DNA of 64,000 nucleotides from Curvularia clavata (Eukaryota): NCBI GenBank assembly GCA_023920165.1, contig CP089277.1, positions 310,001 to 374,000 of the forward strand, read 5' to 3'. Shown piece by piece: positions 23,633 to 35,829 of this stretch (position 1 is its first letter; each line of letters starts with the position of its first letter). The notes under the pieces were generated by a model. It saw only the letters and a program-made list of their open reading frames with translations, ran no database searches and was not told where the DNA came from. The position numbers and the translations under genes were made by a program.

Positions 23633-25047
23633 ATGGCCTCCACGCCGTCCGTACGCCATTTCAGTGCATGCCTGAGATGCGTGCGACAGCTGCCCGGCGC
23701 CAATGGCACACGCCGCCTACTCTCGACCTCGTCCGCCGCCCGTGAAGAGTTGCAGACCCAACCTGTGAATGCGACTGGGCCTCCCCCGCCGTCAAACCCT
23801 CCCGAAGGCGCTGCTCAGAAAGCATCTCCCCAAGAAGTACCCGAGTACATGCAGAAATGGGGCACACTAGACCCTCAGATGGTGGAGAACAAGAAACAGG
23901 AACGCCGCTTGTTACGGAGAGAGCACGTCCAGCCAGTGGGATCTCGCCGTCGTCGTGCTGCTCTTCGTCGTTCTGCCATACAGCAAGCTACCGAAATCCC
24001 TTTTGAGCAGCTGCCGTACCAATGCTTCCAAGAGGCCAGAAAAGTTTTGTTGGAAGACCGTCAGGAGAAGATCAAGGAGATTGAGACGCAGCAACAACGA
24101 ATCAAGAACTTAATGGACCAGGATCCTAGTGTTAGTGGAGGGCCAGCTGCCAAGGAGACCCGGTTACGTAGCATGAGGAAGCACCTGAATGATTTGATCA
24201 TTCTGGCTGATATCAATGACCCGGTGGTGAAGCGGAAGTTTGAGGATGGCCAGGGTATGTTCAATGCGTTGGTTTTCTGCGCTTTACTAACGGCTTCGAA
24301 GGTGACATGAACAAGCCCATCTACCGCTATCTTGCAGATAAAAAGTGGCGGCAGTACAAGCGCCTGGTCCTTGAGCAGCGTATCACACAAATGGCTCTCA
24401 TTCCAGATGTCCTTCCGTCGTTGGATCTCGTAGCAGATATCGATCTTGGTTTTGGCAGGAAGACCGTTGCACCAGGCGACTTTGTCGACTCGTCCATCAG
24501 CGAGAAATTGCCTCGAATTAATGTGCAGACATTCACTCCGGGCGAGAAGCTCGTCACAGTTGTGGTAGTGGATGCAGATGTGCCTGTTCCAGAAACCGAC
24601 AGCTTCACCTACCGATGCCACCTGATTGCCTCCAACATTTCCATCTCCCCCAGCAATACATCGATACCTCTTCAACGCATTGCCCAAGAAGACCAAAAGG
24701 TCGAGGACCCCAGCGCTAAGAAGATTGCGCTGCCCTGGATTGCGCCTTGGGCTCACAGGGGTGCGCCATATCACCGCCTAGGAATCTTTGTCTTTGAGCA
24801 GAATGCTGGCCAAGCGCTTGACATTACCAAGCTCAGCCAGACCAAGCGCATGGGCTTCAACCTGCGCAGTTTCAGTGACTCTAACAAACTGAAGCCAATC
24901 ACTGCCACGCTTTTCAGAACCAAATGGGATGACAGCATGGCAGGCGTCATGGAGCGCGCCGGTCTGAAGAGTCAGCTCAATGTGGAGTTCAAGAGGAAGA
25001 AGGTTGAGCCGCTGCCATACAAGAGACGGACGGAACGTATGCGGTGA
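23633..25047 (+). CDS. MRPL35: Mitochondrial ribosomal protein mL38 (YmL35, PEBP fold)
   Basis: LPYQCFQEARK and ADINDPVVKRKFEDG; intron 24255-24301; DMNKPIYRYLA and PEBP-type YHRLGIFVFEQ. Confidence 0.92.
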
Positions 25048-25451
25048 GCAACATCTAGGCTTCAAGCCGAATGACCAGGTGTATGATGTAAATTTATGTA
25101 CATTATGTAGTACTTTGATGCACCGTACTATTTTACTTCCGCCCAGGCGCACATCATAGTCGCTTGCCTTTGTTTAAAGAGCTTGATATTCGTGGGGAAC
25201 CATGCGGACGGAGGTTGGGCACGCTAATGTCGCTCCTTCCCATTTTCTGCGTATCATTGTTGCTCACTTTCCCATTCCAGCGCTGCGCCTCTTACATGAT
25301 TCACTTTACCCCTTTGCAGAGACTTCTCAGTATCGACTGCAACTGGATAGTTCGTCTTCGCCAGCATCATTTCTGTGCCACATTGCCAATACCGTCGTCT
25401 CCATCTACCCATCCCAGCATCTTTACCATCGCTTCATTACAACAGCCGCTG

Positions 25452-27056
25452 ATGATTCCGAATTCTCCAATCGTTCCTTCACCATTCTTGCCCTCTCAAC
25501 AGCAGATCGCGCTGGCTATTGCTATTGTTCGAAGTAAACCTCCCGGAGTGCCATTGCGAGGTGAGTAAATGTCAACTGGACTTAGCCAAAGCCAACTAAT
25601 GATACAAGATCACGTTGCACAGCTGCGGTCCAAGACTAAGCGTGGTCGCGATCCTTTAGATACAGTCAATCCAGGCTGCTATATTGATCAGGTAGCCTAC
25701 TGGAAGGAGCGATGCAAGCGTGCCGAGGACGAGTGTGACAATCTCCGCAACGCCAATATAAAACTCGAGCGCTCGAATCAACTACTCTTGAGGCAAATAG
25801 ATACAGTTGTAGACCTCGATGCGAGCGTCAACGCTCGACCGCTATCGCCAAAGAAGAGTTTGAAGCGACCAAGATCGACGCAAAAACGAGGCCAGGATCC
25901 GGTTGCTGACGCACAGGAAGCAATCGACCATGACTTGGACTTCCTGGAGGCTATGGGAAAGGATGGAAATGCCCTTATGCAATCCTTGTTCAACGTTCAT
26001 TCTTCATGCAGAGCCACCGATCCTGACCCCAATATACTCTGCTTCAACTTAATCAGTAGTGCGTCAGCAACGGGAAAAGTCACATTGTTCGCTGCTCAAA
26101 ATCACGAGGCTCTCTCTCGACAAGGACACAAGAACACCAGCGGAGCAACTGCATTAGAGAAGGACAGGTCTGACTTTGCCAACGCCCTTTCAGTGTGCGC
26201 AAGGGCTTTCATGTCGATCTTGGTCGGAGCAGACAAGCTGATGAAATTGGAGCCCGATAAACGTTTAGCAAGTTTAGTTGTTTGCGAACTAGCAGACATG
26301 TTCAAGACAGCACTAAAGGCTATCGAGATATCTGCCCAGTTCACTGCGCAAAGCTTTCAGTCGCAACCACGTGCGCCAAAGAAGACAAAAACAAAAGCTT
26401 CTCTTGACGTTGTGAAGGAGTCCGGCGCAGCTAAATCAGTCGCCCATCTCCTAATTAGCTTTGTCGGCCTTTTGGAGAAGAATGATGACTTTCATCAAAA
26501 GATATTCGAAGGCTTCGCTTTCATGCTATTTGAGCGTGTCGGCAAGAGACTCTATTACTCCACTTTCGGACAGCACCGATCATCTTCTATCGAAGAAAAC
26601 ATAATGCCAATACCTGAAGCGAGAGGCTCAGTTGAAACCTTCAAGCGCAATTGCGATGCTCTCGGCATGCGCCTCGAAGCCAAAGCACTCATTCTAGTCC
26701 TTGAACGTGTTATGGGCTTGGCTCCAAACCACATGAACCCACAAAGTCTTCGGGCAAACCAAACACCCAATCGAGCATCCCGTGCAATGAGCATTAGAAC
26801 CATTACCACCTCCTCCAGAGCCCGTCTAAGCCAACTTGCCAAAGATCGCTTGCAGCGTACGCTTCTTGCATGTCTGTACGGGGGCAAGACTGACGATGAA
26901 TTCTTGGACGTTCTCACGAAGCCAATGCCACAGATGCGTCTTGGCCAAATGCAGAATGTAGTCAAGATTGAAGATGAAGACGTTGAGACATGGTACAAGG
27001 AGGAAGTCTGGCGGCTTGTCGGCTGGGATATTCTCGCGCGTGAAGGCGGATGGTGA
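25452..27056 (+). CDS. Conserved-looking hypothetical protein with an N-terminal coiled coil, 2 exons
   Basis: ATG at 25452; intron 25561-25608 (GTGAGT...CTAAT...AG) joins a long ORF ending EEVWRLVGWDIL. Confidence 0.7.
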
Positions 27057-27430
27057 GGTTATTCGTCAGCTGGGGTGTTCTGAAGGAACTCGCTATGCGG
27101 CGTGTCGGTCGCTCGGAAATGCATCATGCTTGTAGCTAATGGAATTTTGAAAATTCAGAACGGGGATTTCGCTGTGTAAGGACATACTATTCATTTTATC
27201 ACTACGTATCTCGAATTGTGCTGAATCATGCAATTTCCATGTGAGCTAAGACGCTCGTGAATTCAGATGATATACAACACGCCTCAGTAGCTCTGGAGCT
27301 TTTCTATATTTCTTATAGAGTATTGTAACGATAAGAACTATGAAAATGTCAAGGTATACTTATAGCTAAGGTTATAGATGTCATTGTGGGTTAGGCTTTG
27401 CCTGCCTTTTTTAAGTTTGGATAGAGGAAC

Positions 27431-27670
27431 GTGCAGCTTCCCATAACCATTAAGCTAGCCTTCCTCGAGTACATTGTTCACACCGGCAAACCAGATAAAG
27501 ATGCACGCGAGATGACGTGGTTCCTGCTCGATCGAGGCGCGGATCCAGGAATGGCACTCACCGAGGCAAAAGATTTCAAATCATCCCGCCTTTATAGAGT
27601 CGATGGAGGCTTGGGAAGCACAAGGAGGCCGCGAGACGCTGGAGCAGTTCAAAAAGCAGAAGAGAAATGA
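27431..27670 (+). pseudogene. Possible ankyrin-repeat gene remnant
   Basis: WFLLDRGADP resembles an ankyrin repeat end (LLxxGADP). No clear start or full gene. Confidence 0.3.
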
Positions 27671-28923
27671 GCGCTGGCGCTCTGTCCAGTAGATCCAGCG
27701 ATAAACCTACTGACGTTTTTTCTAATGAGTTACCTCGGATTTTGGTGGCGGCTGGAAGATTACGTATGCCCATGTGTTTCGATGTTGAATTCCCGGAATG
27801 ACGGTGCTACAACTACCGAAACGTGGGGTAATAAGACCGACTCTACTCCATACTAGTCGTAGTCCCGGAGCGTTGGTAACACTGTTATTACACTACTGCA
27901 TTCCTACATCTCCCAACTGTAATCGCTCCGTAACAATACCTTCATTGACAATATTGAGTGAGATCTCATCTCCACTATCATCTGGGTCTGGAGAGTCCGT
28001 GTCGCAAGTCTCTCAACCAGAGTCGCTATATTCAGACCTAAAGTCTTATATGATTAGTTAGGACAGTCAATTCTTTATGTTGATTGATCCGCACGTCAGG
28101 AACCTTCCATTGCATTCTACAAGAGCTCTTCCCTGAGCTCATCATTCAGATGCATTGCACGAGAAACACGTACTGAAGAAAACTACCAAGATAACATCGA
28201 GGAACTGGGTACTTCTTGAGCGTTCAGCTCATAACACCTTCGCTTGTATCGTCAAATGAGAGACTCGAGCAACAAATGCCACTTGTACCTTACAATTCAA
28301 CTACACAACATGCAAAGGCTTGTATACTTGGAGGTGGTTTCGATTTTGATGGGGTGTACCTGGAATGAACTTGTCGCGAGCCTCGGCAACTCCATTATTG
28401 CAACACCATACCCCTGCATGTCGCGACCTCAATCGTCCTGCCATCCATAGAGTTCTAAAGTCTTGAAACAGGATAGATGCCGCAAAATTCCTCAAAAACT
28501 GGCTGTACGTCCCGCTTAATATTAGACCCACGTGGTTCTCTAGGCCAAATGCAGGTACAACACCGGGTGAACGTTGATGCTAGCTAGACAGGGCCGAATA
28601 CTCGGCAGGCTAGAACATGTCATGTGGTGAGGCTAAGGGCAGATGAGAAAAGAATGCCCCTGCGTAGTCTATAGCGCTTGCACTTGTGGGGCAAGATCGA
28701 CCATTTTAAGATTGCTTTGAAGTGGCTACCGGGTTTGCGGTGAGGGGGTTTACCTGCCGAGTGTACATCTACGTAAAATGTTCAATAAAATGGTGGCCTT
28801 TATATTGCTTTACTCCCTCTATATAAACCTCCTCTCAAGCATCTAAACAACCTTGTGCATATAATCGGCAGTGCAGTCATCACCATCGCAAATAATCGAC
28901 TTCCTACAAATCCATCACCGAAC

Positions 28924-29490
28924 ATGCATTTCATCAACCTCTGCCTCACTGCTCTTTTAGCAATTGGAGTCTCTGCATCTCCCGTCGTGGAAAAACGATC
29001 AATATCTTGTCTCAAGGTCGGCGCTACAGCAACAGCAGTATGGACCAATGCAGCCGGTAAGACTTGTCGGTGGACCGGCACAGTGGGTAGCAACTTTGGC
29101 ACAAACAGCGCCAATGGTGGAGAGTAAGTAGTCTACCGAATTATATATTTATGTATACAGCACCTGACATATGATATAGTTACAGCTGTAACGGCCGCTG
29201 TGGAGCAGGCTGCTCAGGTGCTGCACTTGGCAACGCATATACACAGGATTGCTTCTCGCATGACGTATGTTCATGGTTCAACAATGCTAGTGGTGGTGCG
29301 AGGTAAGTTGTCCAAGTGGAAGAATTGTTATATCGAGTTTCTTGCTAACACGGTGTCCAGTGACCCGAACTGTGGTGCTGCGTATAACGCGGCGGTTGAT
29401 GATACGATTGGTGGCCTAGCGGCAGGCTGCGGACAGACAAATCCGTCGAATGCTGCTGTGAGGCCAAGTACGAGCCCGACGTGCTCGTAA
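28924..29490 (+). CDS. Small secreted cysteine-rich protein (150 aa, effector candidate), 3 exons
   Basis: Exons 28924-29123, 29180-29302 and 29361-29490 total 453 nt. Signal peptide, Kex2-type EKR site, 10 Cys in the mature part; TATA-like TATATAAA ~100 bp upstream. Confidence 0.88.
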
Positions 29491-29881
29491 GGGATAATGA
29501 GTATCAAGGTTGTTGAATCCAGTTCACATATCATTGTGCATCCGTTCGCTTGAAGGACTGGTGGGCGATTAAAATGACGAAAGTGATAGCAAGTCTGTCT
29601 CTGGTATCCATTGGTCATTCCATATACCCAGATCTGGATTTCTAGGGCCAGGATCGAAAAAAAGAGTCATGAGATACCTTATTATTGTACATAAAAACAA
29701 GAGGATGCACTTATTAACAAAGGAGCACCCATCTCACGCCTCGTATCATCGATCTCCAAGAGCCGACGCAACGATTCGTGAAAACACATTCTACAAATAT
29801 CCCCAAAGAAGTAATATATGAAAAGAAAAGCTACTGTCGCGCATTCCGTATTCCAAGTACCCATTATCGCCCAAGCTCCCT

Positions 29882-30764
29882 TCATTCCAGATGATCCCTC
29901 CCCTCATTCAACCTCTTCATCTCCGCCCACTTGCTCACCTCATCGAAATTCCTACAAACATGAATTGCGCCTGTGCCATCTGTTCCAGGAATATCTTCCA
30001 ACCCAGGCGTTTGTGACTGACCCTCCAGCGTCGTGTCTCCAAAGCACATGATAGCATTGCGTATGTAGTCGAAGCAATGGTCGTTGTGCACCAGCCTATT
30101 TTCGTTAAGTGTAAAGTCCTTGTTACGGATCTGCATGATGAGGTCGTCCATTGCGGCTGCGATGTGCATGAGGCAGTGCAACTCGTGGAAGACGGCGATC
30201 GAGTAGGATTGTTTGCCTGGGGCTTCTTTGAAGTGCATGGGTGGCGGGAGCTGGTGCGAGTCGTAATCTGGGATGTCGATGAAGCCGGCACCGACTGTTA
30301 TGGTTAGAATTTGAGGTCTGGGGGAATAGGGATGTTTCTTACGCGGGAGGAGGTTTTCCCATTCCCTCTTAGTTTCGTTGATAGAGGCCATGGTCTTATG
30401 ATCCGATCTATATCTTTTGTCGATACGGAAGACCTTTTTCTGGGTCGAAACTGTATAGGCGTGAGACACTGGTATTTGGTGCAACACTCCCAGGATGATC
30501 TGGGAAAGCTGATAGTGACTTACATTCAGGAACAAGGCCATTGAATTCTACTCCTGGCTCCGGCCGGTTTATTTTGCTGTGGAGGATGGATAATTGGCAA
30601 AATACTATTGTGAAAAGCAAGAAGAATGTGACAGGCCAGCGGAGAAATGCCAAAATTTCTATTGTTGTACAACATCTGTTCCGCCGACAGGTTGGTGGCA
30701 TCTCTATGGGGCTATCGGGAGAGCTGTCGGTGCTCACTTTAGAATATCGAAAAGATGACGACAT
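29882..30764 (-). CDS. UstYa/DUF3328-family oxidase, 3 exons
   Basis: N-terminal TM helix, then two HxxHC motifs: FHELHCL and HNDHCFDYIRNAIMCFGDTTLE. GTGAIHVCRNF near the end. Intron donors at ~30523 and ~30342. Confidence 0.9.
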
Positions 30765-31199
30765 GCTGATACAGAGTAGGCAGGTTGTTTAGACGTCACG
30801 CTTGGAACTATCAGCGTAGAATTGGAGAATTGTAATCCTTGGTATTGAATTCAAGATTATGTAAATTCGCTGGACGCAGCGCCAGGAAACATAAAAACTG
30901 CGAAGTTTTCATCGACTTTTATGGGGCACAATGTCAAGATATCCGGTTTGTGTACATGTGCGTGGTGTGAATAGCGCTAAACCACATTCTTTTCCCTGTG
31001 TGGTATTCAGAGCCTGATCAGGCAATCCCTTCGCAACCAGCGAAAAAAGTCGTTCGAGCACCACAACTTTGTGATTTTACTTGATTTTCAGCTCGGAGGC
31101 TTTACATTCTGAATACTGTCCTGAATATGCAAGGGAAAACGGTGGCGTTCTAGGCTTGCAAGTGCATTTACGCCACCAGGATCCTTCCAGAGCCTCATT

Positions 31200-32753
31200 T
31201 CAGTCGGAATTCTTCTCATCTGGGAAGCTGCTCAGGTAGCTCTCTAGAACATCGACTACGTCCGACTGTGCGGTTTTCGAAGTTTTCTTTTCCATTTGTT
31301 GTGTGTTTTCTTGTTTCTTCTTCATCCCTACCGCTCGTCGATGCGCACGACTCTTGACATGCAGAGTCCAGTCGTTCTCAGTAACAGCAACTGTTCCGCA
31401 CGTCTCACAGACTCTCTTTTGCCACAGATCGGGTCTTTGTCCAAGATCGTATTCCCGCTTGGGTGTAAGCATCTCTGATGCAGTAGACGAAAGTGATGAA
31501 GGTATGGGAAGGGCTTCGCCTGCAAGAAACTGCTTGGTGATTCTGTTCGCAGGCTGCAGGACATCAGTCTCCCATCTAGAGATATCTGAGCCATCCACTA
31601 AGAAAGTAGTGCTCTTTTGTCCTGCTCCGAGCAACGCGTTGAGCAGCTTAATGCGAATCCATTTGATCTGGCGATTGGCATATTGGCGTGTAGCTGCTTG
31701 TGTTTTTTCGATTGCCGCTGTCTTCAGTTTTTCGAGTTCCTGACTGGTCTTTGTTTGATCTTGCAGCGCATGCTGGTAGTCCAAGAACTCCTTGTAGCCT
31801 ATTGATACCCAGATGCCGCGAGTTTGGTCAATTTGAGTACCAGTGCTGGATTCGTGTTGCTGGCGAAAATCATTAAGTTGCTGCACTTCAGAGAGCAGAC
31901 CTTTGCTTATCATCTTGTCGACACGTCCATCGAGGCGGTGATACAGCACGTCTTTGTCGGCGTGCACCCAAAACATCAGTGTCTCGAAACGAAGACTCTG
32001 GTTGCTGCCGGATTCCAGAGACCCCGAAGGAGATGGAGACGACTGGCGTTTTAGTCTTTGTTCTCTGTACAACTCAGACGCCGGTCTACCAGTCCTCAGA
32101 TATATCTCAAGCGAGCGCTGAATTTTGCGCCTTTCATTGGGGTGCCACCGATCTGCCATAACGGGATCAACTTCTTTCAGCTTCGCGAGTAAGACGTCTG
32201 TTGGCTCTTCCAGTATCGGTAGCTTTTCACTGTTTTCGTTCAAATTCAATGCAGGCTCATCAGCGAGCGCATCTTGAAAGAGTAGTGACTGTGTATAATA
32301 GTGAGTTCCGCCGACCAGGATGGGCAATTTGCCCCGGCTTCGAATCTCGTCAATCTGAACTGGTCAGCAACGTACTTCGAAAGCAAGCTTGCTTCATACT
32401 ATGCCCAGAGCCTCGCCTACAAATTTCCCCACAGTCCATGTCTCCTCTCCAAGACCAATGGAACCTAGGAGATGGTGAGGCACCCCTTTCGCTTCATCTG
32501 GGGTGATTTTGTTTGTTATGATAGGCAAGCCTCGGTACAACTGCATTGCATCTCCATTGATGATTTCGCCGTTAAAATTTTGCGCAATCTCTACTGCTAG
32601 CTGCCTGCTGTGATCAGCTTCGCTCAGCATATTTCAGATTATCTTCTTTACATCTGATTTGCCTGTGCCTGTCGCGCCAACGACGGCAATCAAAGGCTTT
32701 AGAGGTGCTTGCACCATCCTGCATGAACTGAATGTTCTGATAAACCGTAACAT
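31200..32753 (-). CDS. MOD5: tRNA dimethylallyltransferase (tRNA-IPT), multi-exon
   Basis: P-loop [39 protein letters not shown] and a C-terminal zinc finger CETC...HVKSRAH. Confidence 0.94.
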
Positions 32754-33135
32754 GCATGCATCGATGGCTGTGCAGAAGACGTGGCTTAGTAGCTGAAAAT
32801 ACTGGTTACAGAATGCGGGGAGATGGTTTCTCGATTGGTTCTAGCGTCGCCGATCACATGTTTCTGGTTAGCGCCACCAATCGGCCGGATGGGGTGAACG
32901 TGGAACAAATTCGAATTGGAGACGTAAATATCATGTGATATCCTTTTAGCTGGCTGGAACCCCTCATTTGGTTGTTGGGTTGTCAGCAGATATACAAAAG
33001 AGTGCAATTGTCACCCGATGGTCTGACGTTTCCTACAATCACAGGCAATTGTTGCTCGAATTCAACCAGGTATAAGGCAAGGCGATCGTCTGGCAGTATC
33101 AGAACGCTACATTACAATCCTCTAGCATCTAAATC

Positions 33136-33591
33136 ATGTCTCAACAAACACCACACTCAAACTTCATCCGTCTCCTACCAGCAGAGACCCACACACAGTC
33201 CGGACAGGTCTCGCCTCCGACCAACAAGACTTCCGAGCACCGCTGCACATCGTGCGCGCAGAAAGAAGCTGCTTCCTCTGAATCTCAAGACAGGAAGCAA
33301 TCACGAAACGAACCCAGCCATGAGGCGGTAGACCACAAAAATGACGGTATCCCCTCTTTAAACCTCCCCGAGATGTTCTCTCAGAGCAGTCAGCATCCAA
33401 CAGAAAAGATGGAAGAAGGCGGGGAAAGACCAATACTTGGTCAGTGGTCTGTCCCACATGCTCACGAAAACCAAAAGCACGCTTGGTACAGTTCCATGCT
33501 GGGCATCCAGGGCAAAGTCAAGGATGAATGGGGATTTTCTAGCGCAAGCGCATCCCGTTCACACACTCCAACTCCCACCAAAATTTGCTGA
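33136..33591 (+). CDS. Possible small hypothetical protein
   Basis: 151-aa ATG-initiated ORF in the gap between MOD5 and the sterol-reductase-like gene. No domain recognised. Confidence 0.3.
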   Translation: MSQQTPHSNFIRLLPAETHTQSGQVSPPTNKTSEHRCTSCAQKEAASSESQDRKQSRNEPSHEAVDHKNDGIPSLNLPEMFSQSSQHPTEKMEEGGERPILGQWSVPHAHENQKHAWYSSMLGIQGKVKDEWGFSSASASRSHTPTPTKIC

Positions 33592-33895
33592 TCAGATTGC
33601 TGTTAAATTGTTGTTTTTAGGTTGATAGTCGCAATGTGTAATGAAGTTACGAATTTCCTCATCAGCGCGTGAGAGCATTTCCCCGCTTCTGTGTGACGAG
33701 ACAACTTTGCGGAGTCCGGTGGCGACATTTGGTGTTCATGCAGTCGAGTGCGACCTACATGCAAGTCATGGCTTCTAGACCGGCCCTGAACATGGGCTCC
33801 AGACTACAACACGTGGCTTTCGAGGCTAGAATTGGAACCCGCAGTATATATTGCGACCTACACGCCACCGCTCTATATTTCTACTATTCTTACAT

Positions 33896-35389
33896 TCAAG
33901 GCCTCGACCTCCACGTCGAGTTCCTCGCTATCATGTAGTCCTTGCTTTGTATCGACTTCCAGATGCCCCAAAATCCACCCAAGGGCCAAATGCCTCTCAA
34001 TTTAAGACCCCAGTCCTTGTTCACCATCTGCGTATACTTTTCAACATCTACATGTACCTTATCGTACACTTCCGGAAGCATCTCGGCGTTGTACTTCTTT
34101 CTCAGTCCTTGGTGCCACTTGTGATCGAATTGCGCCCAGAAGTCGTCTTTGTTGTAGTACGTCTGCGCATACAGCCACTTCATGCCACCCATCTCACCAA
34201 GCGTCTTCTCGAGTGCGCGATTCTTCTGGAGATAGCTCACGGGGTCGCTAGGTCCGAACCCCCAAAGACCAATATTGAGCATCTGGTCTGACTTGAGAGC
34301 GCCTTTTGTGTGCGGGTGCATGGTTGGCTGAGGGCTTTGTTTGAGCGGACAAAGCCACAGCGGCCAAATACCAAAGGTTTTGTCTGTGTACTCGATGAAC
34401 TTTTCTGCATTTGGATATGGTAGGGCCATGTCTTGTACGATGTAGCGCGTCACGATCCCCGATGCATGCAGAGCTCGGTAGAGCATACGTGTATGCAGGA
34501 AGTCATCGAGAAACCATCGGGTATACTTGTTGAATGGGAAGCGCATGTAGCTGAAGGCTGAGCGGCCGACCCAGAAGCCACCACGATCATAGCGGAACAT
34601 GTACTCAGCCAACGGTATGTACTCTACTACCGGCTCGGCAGAGTTTCGTGTTGCAGCCTCCACATGAAGATAGAACCACGGATCCCAGGGGTTGCTGAAG
34701 GTTTGCGGCTTGGTATTTGGTGGGAGCTCGTCGGTCATTTCTCCTGTGATGATGGCGCCATGCTCTTTGCTGAACAAAACGCCATCCACGTAGTCGTTCC
34801 TAGCGCCTCTTTCGCCCTCCGTATGCTCTTTGACTTCCTTGATAGCCTGCGCCAGATTACGTGTAGGATAGTAGGTGGTCTTGACATATTTCTTTGCTTC
34901 AACGAGATTCAAGTCTATGAGAGTTGTGACGCCAAGAGTGCCGACCGCTCCAGCAGCACCACGGAACAGATCTTCGTTCTCTTTCTCACTCGCCTTCATT
35001 ACCCTACCATCGGCCATGACCATTTCTACTTCATTGATGGTGCGGTCAAAGAAGCCAAACTTGAAACTGCTGCTCTCTCCTGCTGTTCCTGCATATCCTC
35101 CTCCTACGGTGATACCGGGAAACTCCATGACAACTGGTGGCACGAGACCGTGTGGTAAGGTCGCTTCCACGAGTCGGTCCATAGGAACATTGGGTTCAAC
35201 AAGCGCCCTCTTGCTTTGCGTGTCGACTTGAATAACATTTCGTAGAGCGCTGATGTCAACAACATGCTTCTTGAGGTTCGGGCGTGTGCTATTTGTTGAG
35301 CCATGTGAGATTCGGAACGGCTCCTTTCGTGTGAAGTAGTCCTTGACTTTGGACGCGACTTGCGCGACAACGCGCTGGTGGCGGTCCAT
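33896..35389 (-). CDS. Delta(24)-sterol reductase-like FAD-binding oxidoreductase (DHCR24/DWF1 family)
   Basis: VEPNVPMDRLV, PVVMEFPGITVGGGYAGTAGESSSFKFG, WPLWLCP and KWLYAQTYY; 497 aa, no introns. Confidence 0.88.
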   Translation of the reverse strand: MDRHQRVVAQVASKVKDYFTRKEPFRISHGSTNSTRPNLKKHVVDISALRNVIQVDTQSKRALVEPNVPMDRLVEATLPHGLVPPVVMEFPGITVGGGYAGTAGESSSFKFGFFDRTINEVEMVMADGRVMKASEKENEDLFRGAAGAVGTLGVTTLIDLNLVEAKKYVKTTYYPTRNLAQAIKEVKEHTEGERGARNDYVDGVLFSKEHGAIITGEMTDELPPNTKPQTFSNPWDPWFYLHVEAATRNSAEPVVEYIPLAEYMFRYDRGGFWVGRSAFSYMRFPFNKYTRWFLDDFLHTRMLYRALHASGIVTRYIVQDMALPYPNAEKFIEYTDKTFGIWPLWLCPLKQSPQPTMHPHTKGALKSDQMLNIGLWGFGPSDPVSYLQKNRALEKTLGEMGGMKWLYAQTYYNKDDFWAQFDHKWHQGLRKKYNAEMLPEVYDKVHVDVEKYTQMVNKDWGLKLRGIWPLGGFWGIWKSIQSKDYMIARNSTWRSRP

Positions 35390-35829
35390 TTTACATAGAA
35401 CTGGGGATTGACGAGTCTGGGATTGCTAGTGTCATGAATGCATGATGATCATGTGCTCGTGATTGGAGATGCTGGTTGGGTAGGCGATCTCGGTGAGGGT
35501 ACAGATTTTCTCCGATGCATGAAGTACTGCAGGTGGTCAGTGCGTGCAAAAGTCCAGTCAATACAACGCCTTTTACTGGTAATCTTTATTTTTGGGGTTT
35601 TAACAAGTTTTCAACTACAATAGATATTGAGCTTTAAAATGTGTGTTTTTTGATTTCGTAGTAAAGAGCGTTGCATTGGTTGACCTGTTACACGCACTGA
35701 TCGCCTACAGTAAGTTTCACTCGGGCGAGTAATATGAAATTGGGAAGAATCCATTTTCTGACTATGCTAGACCATCTCTAGGTGTGCTCAGGTTGTATTA
35801 GTTGTAGCCCGGCAATTGCTGCATTAGAT

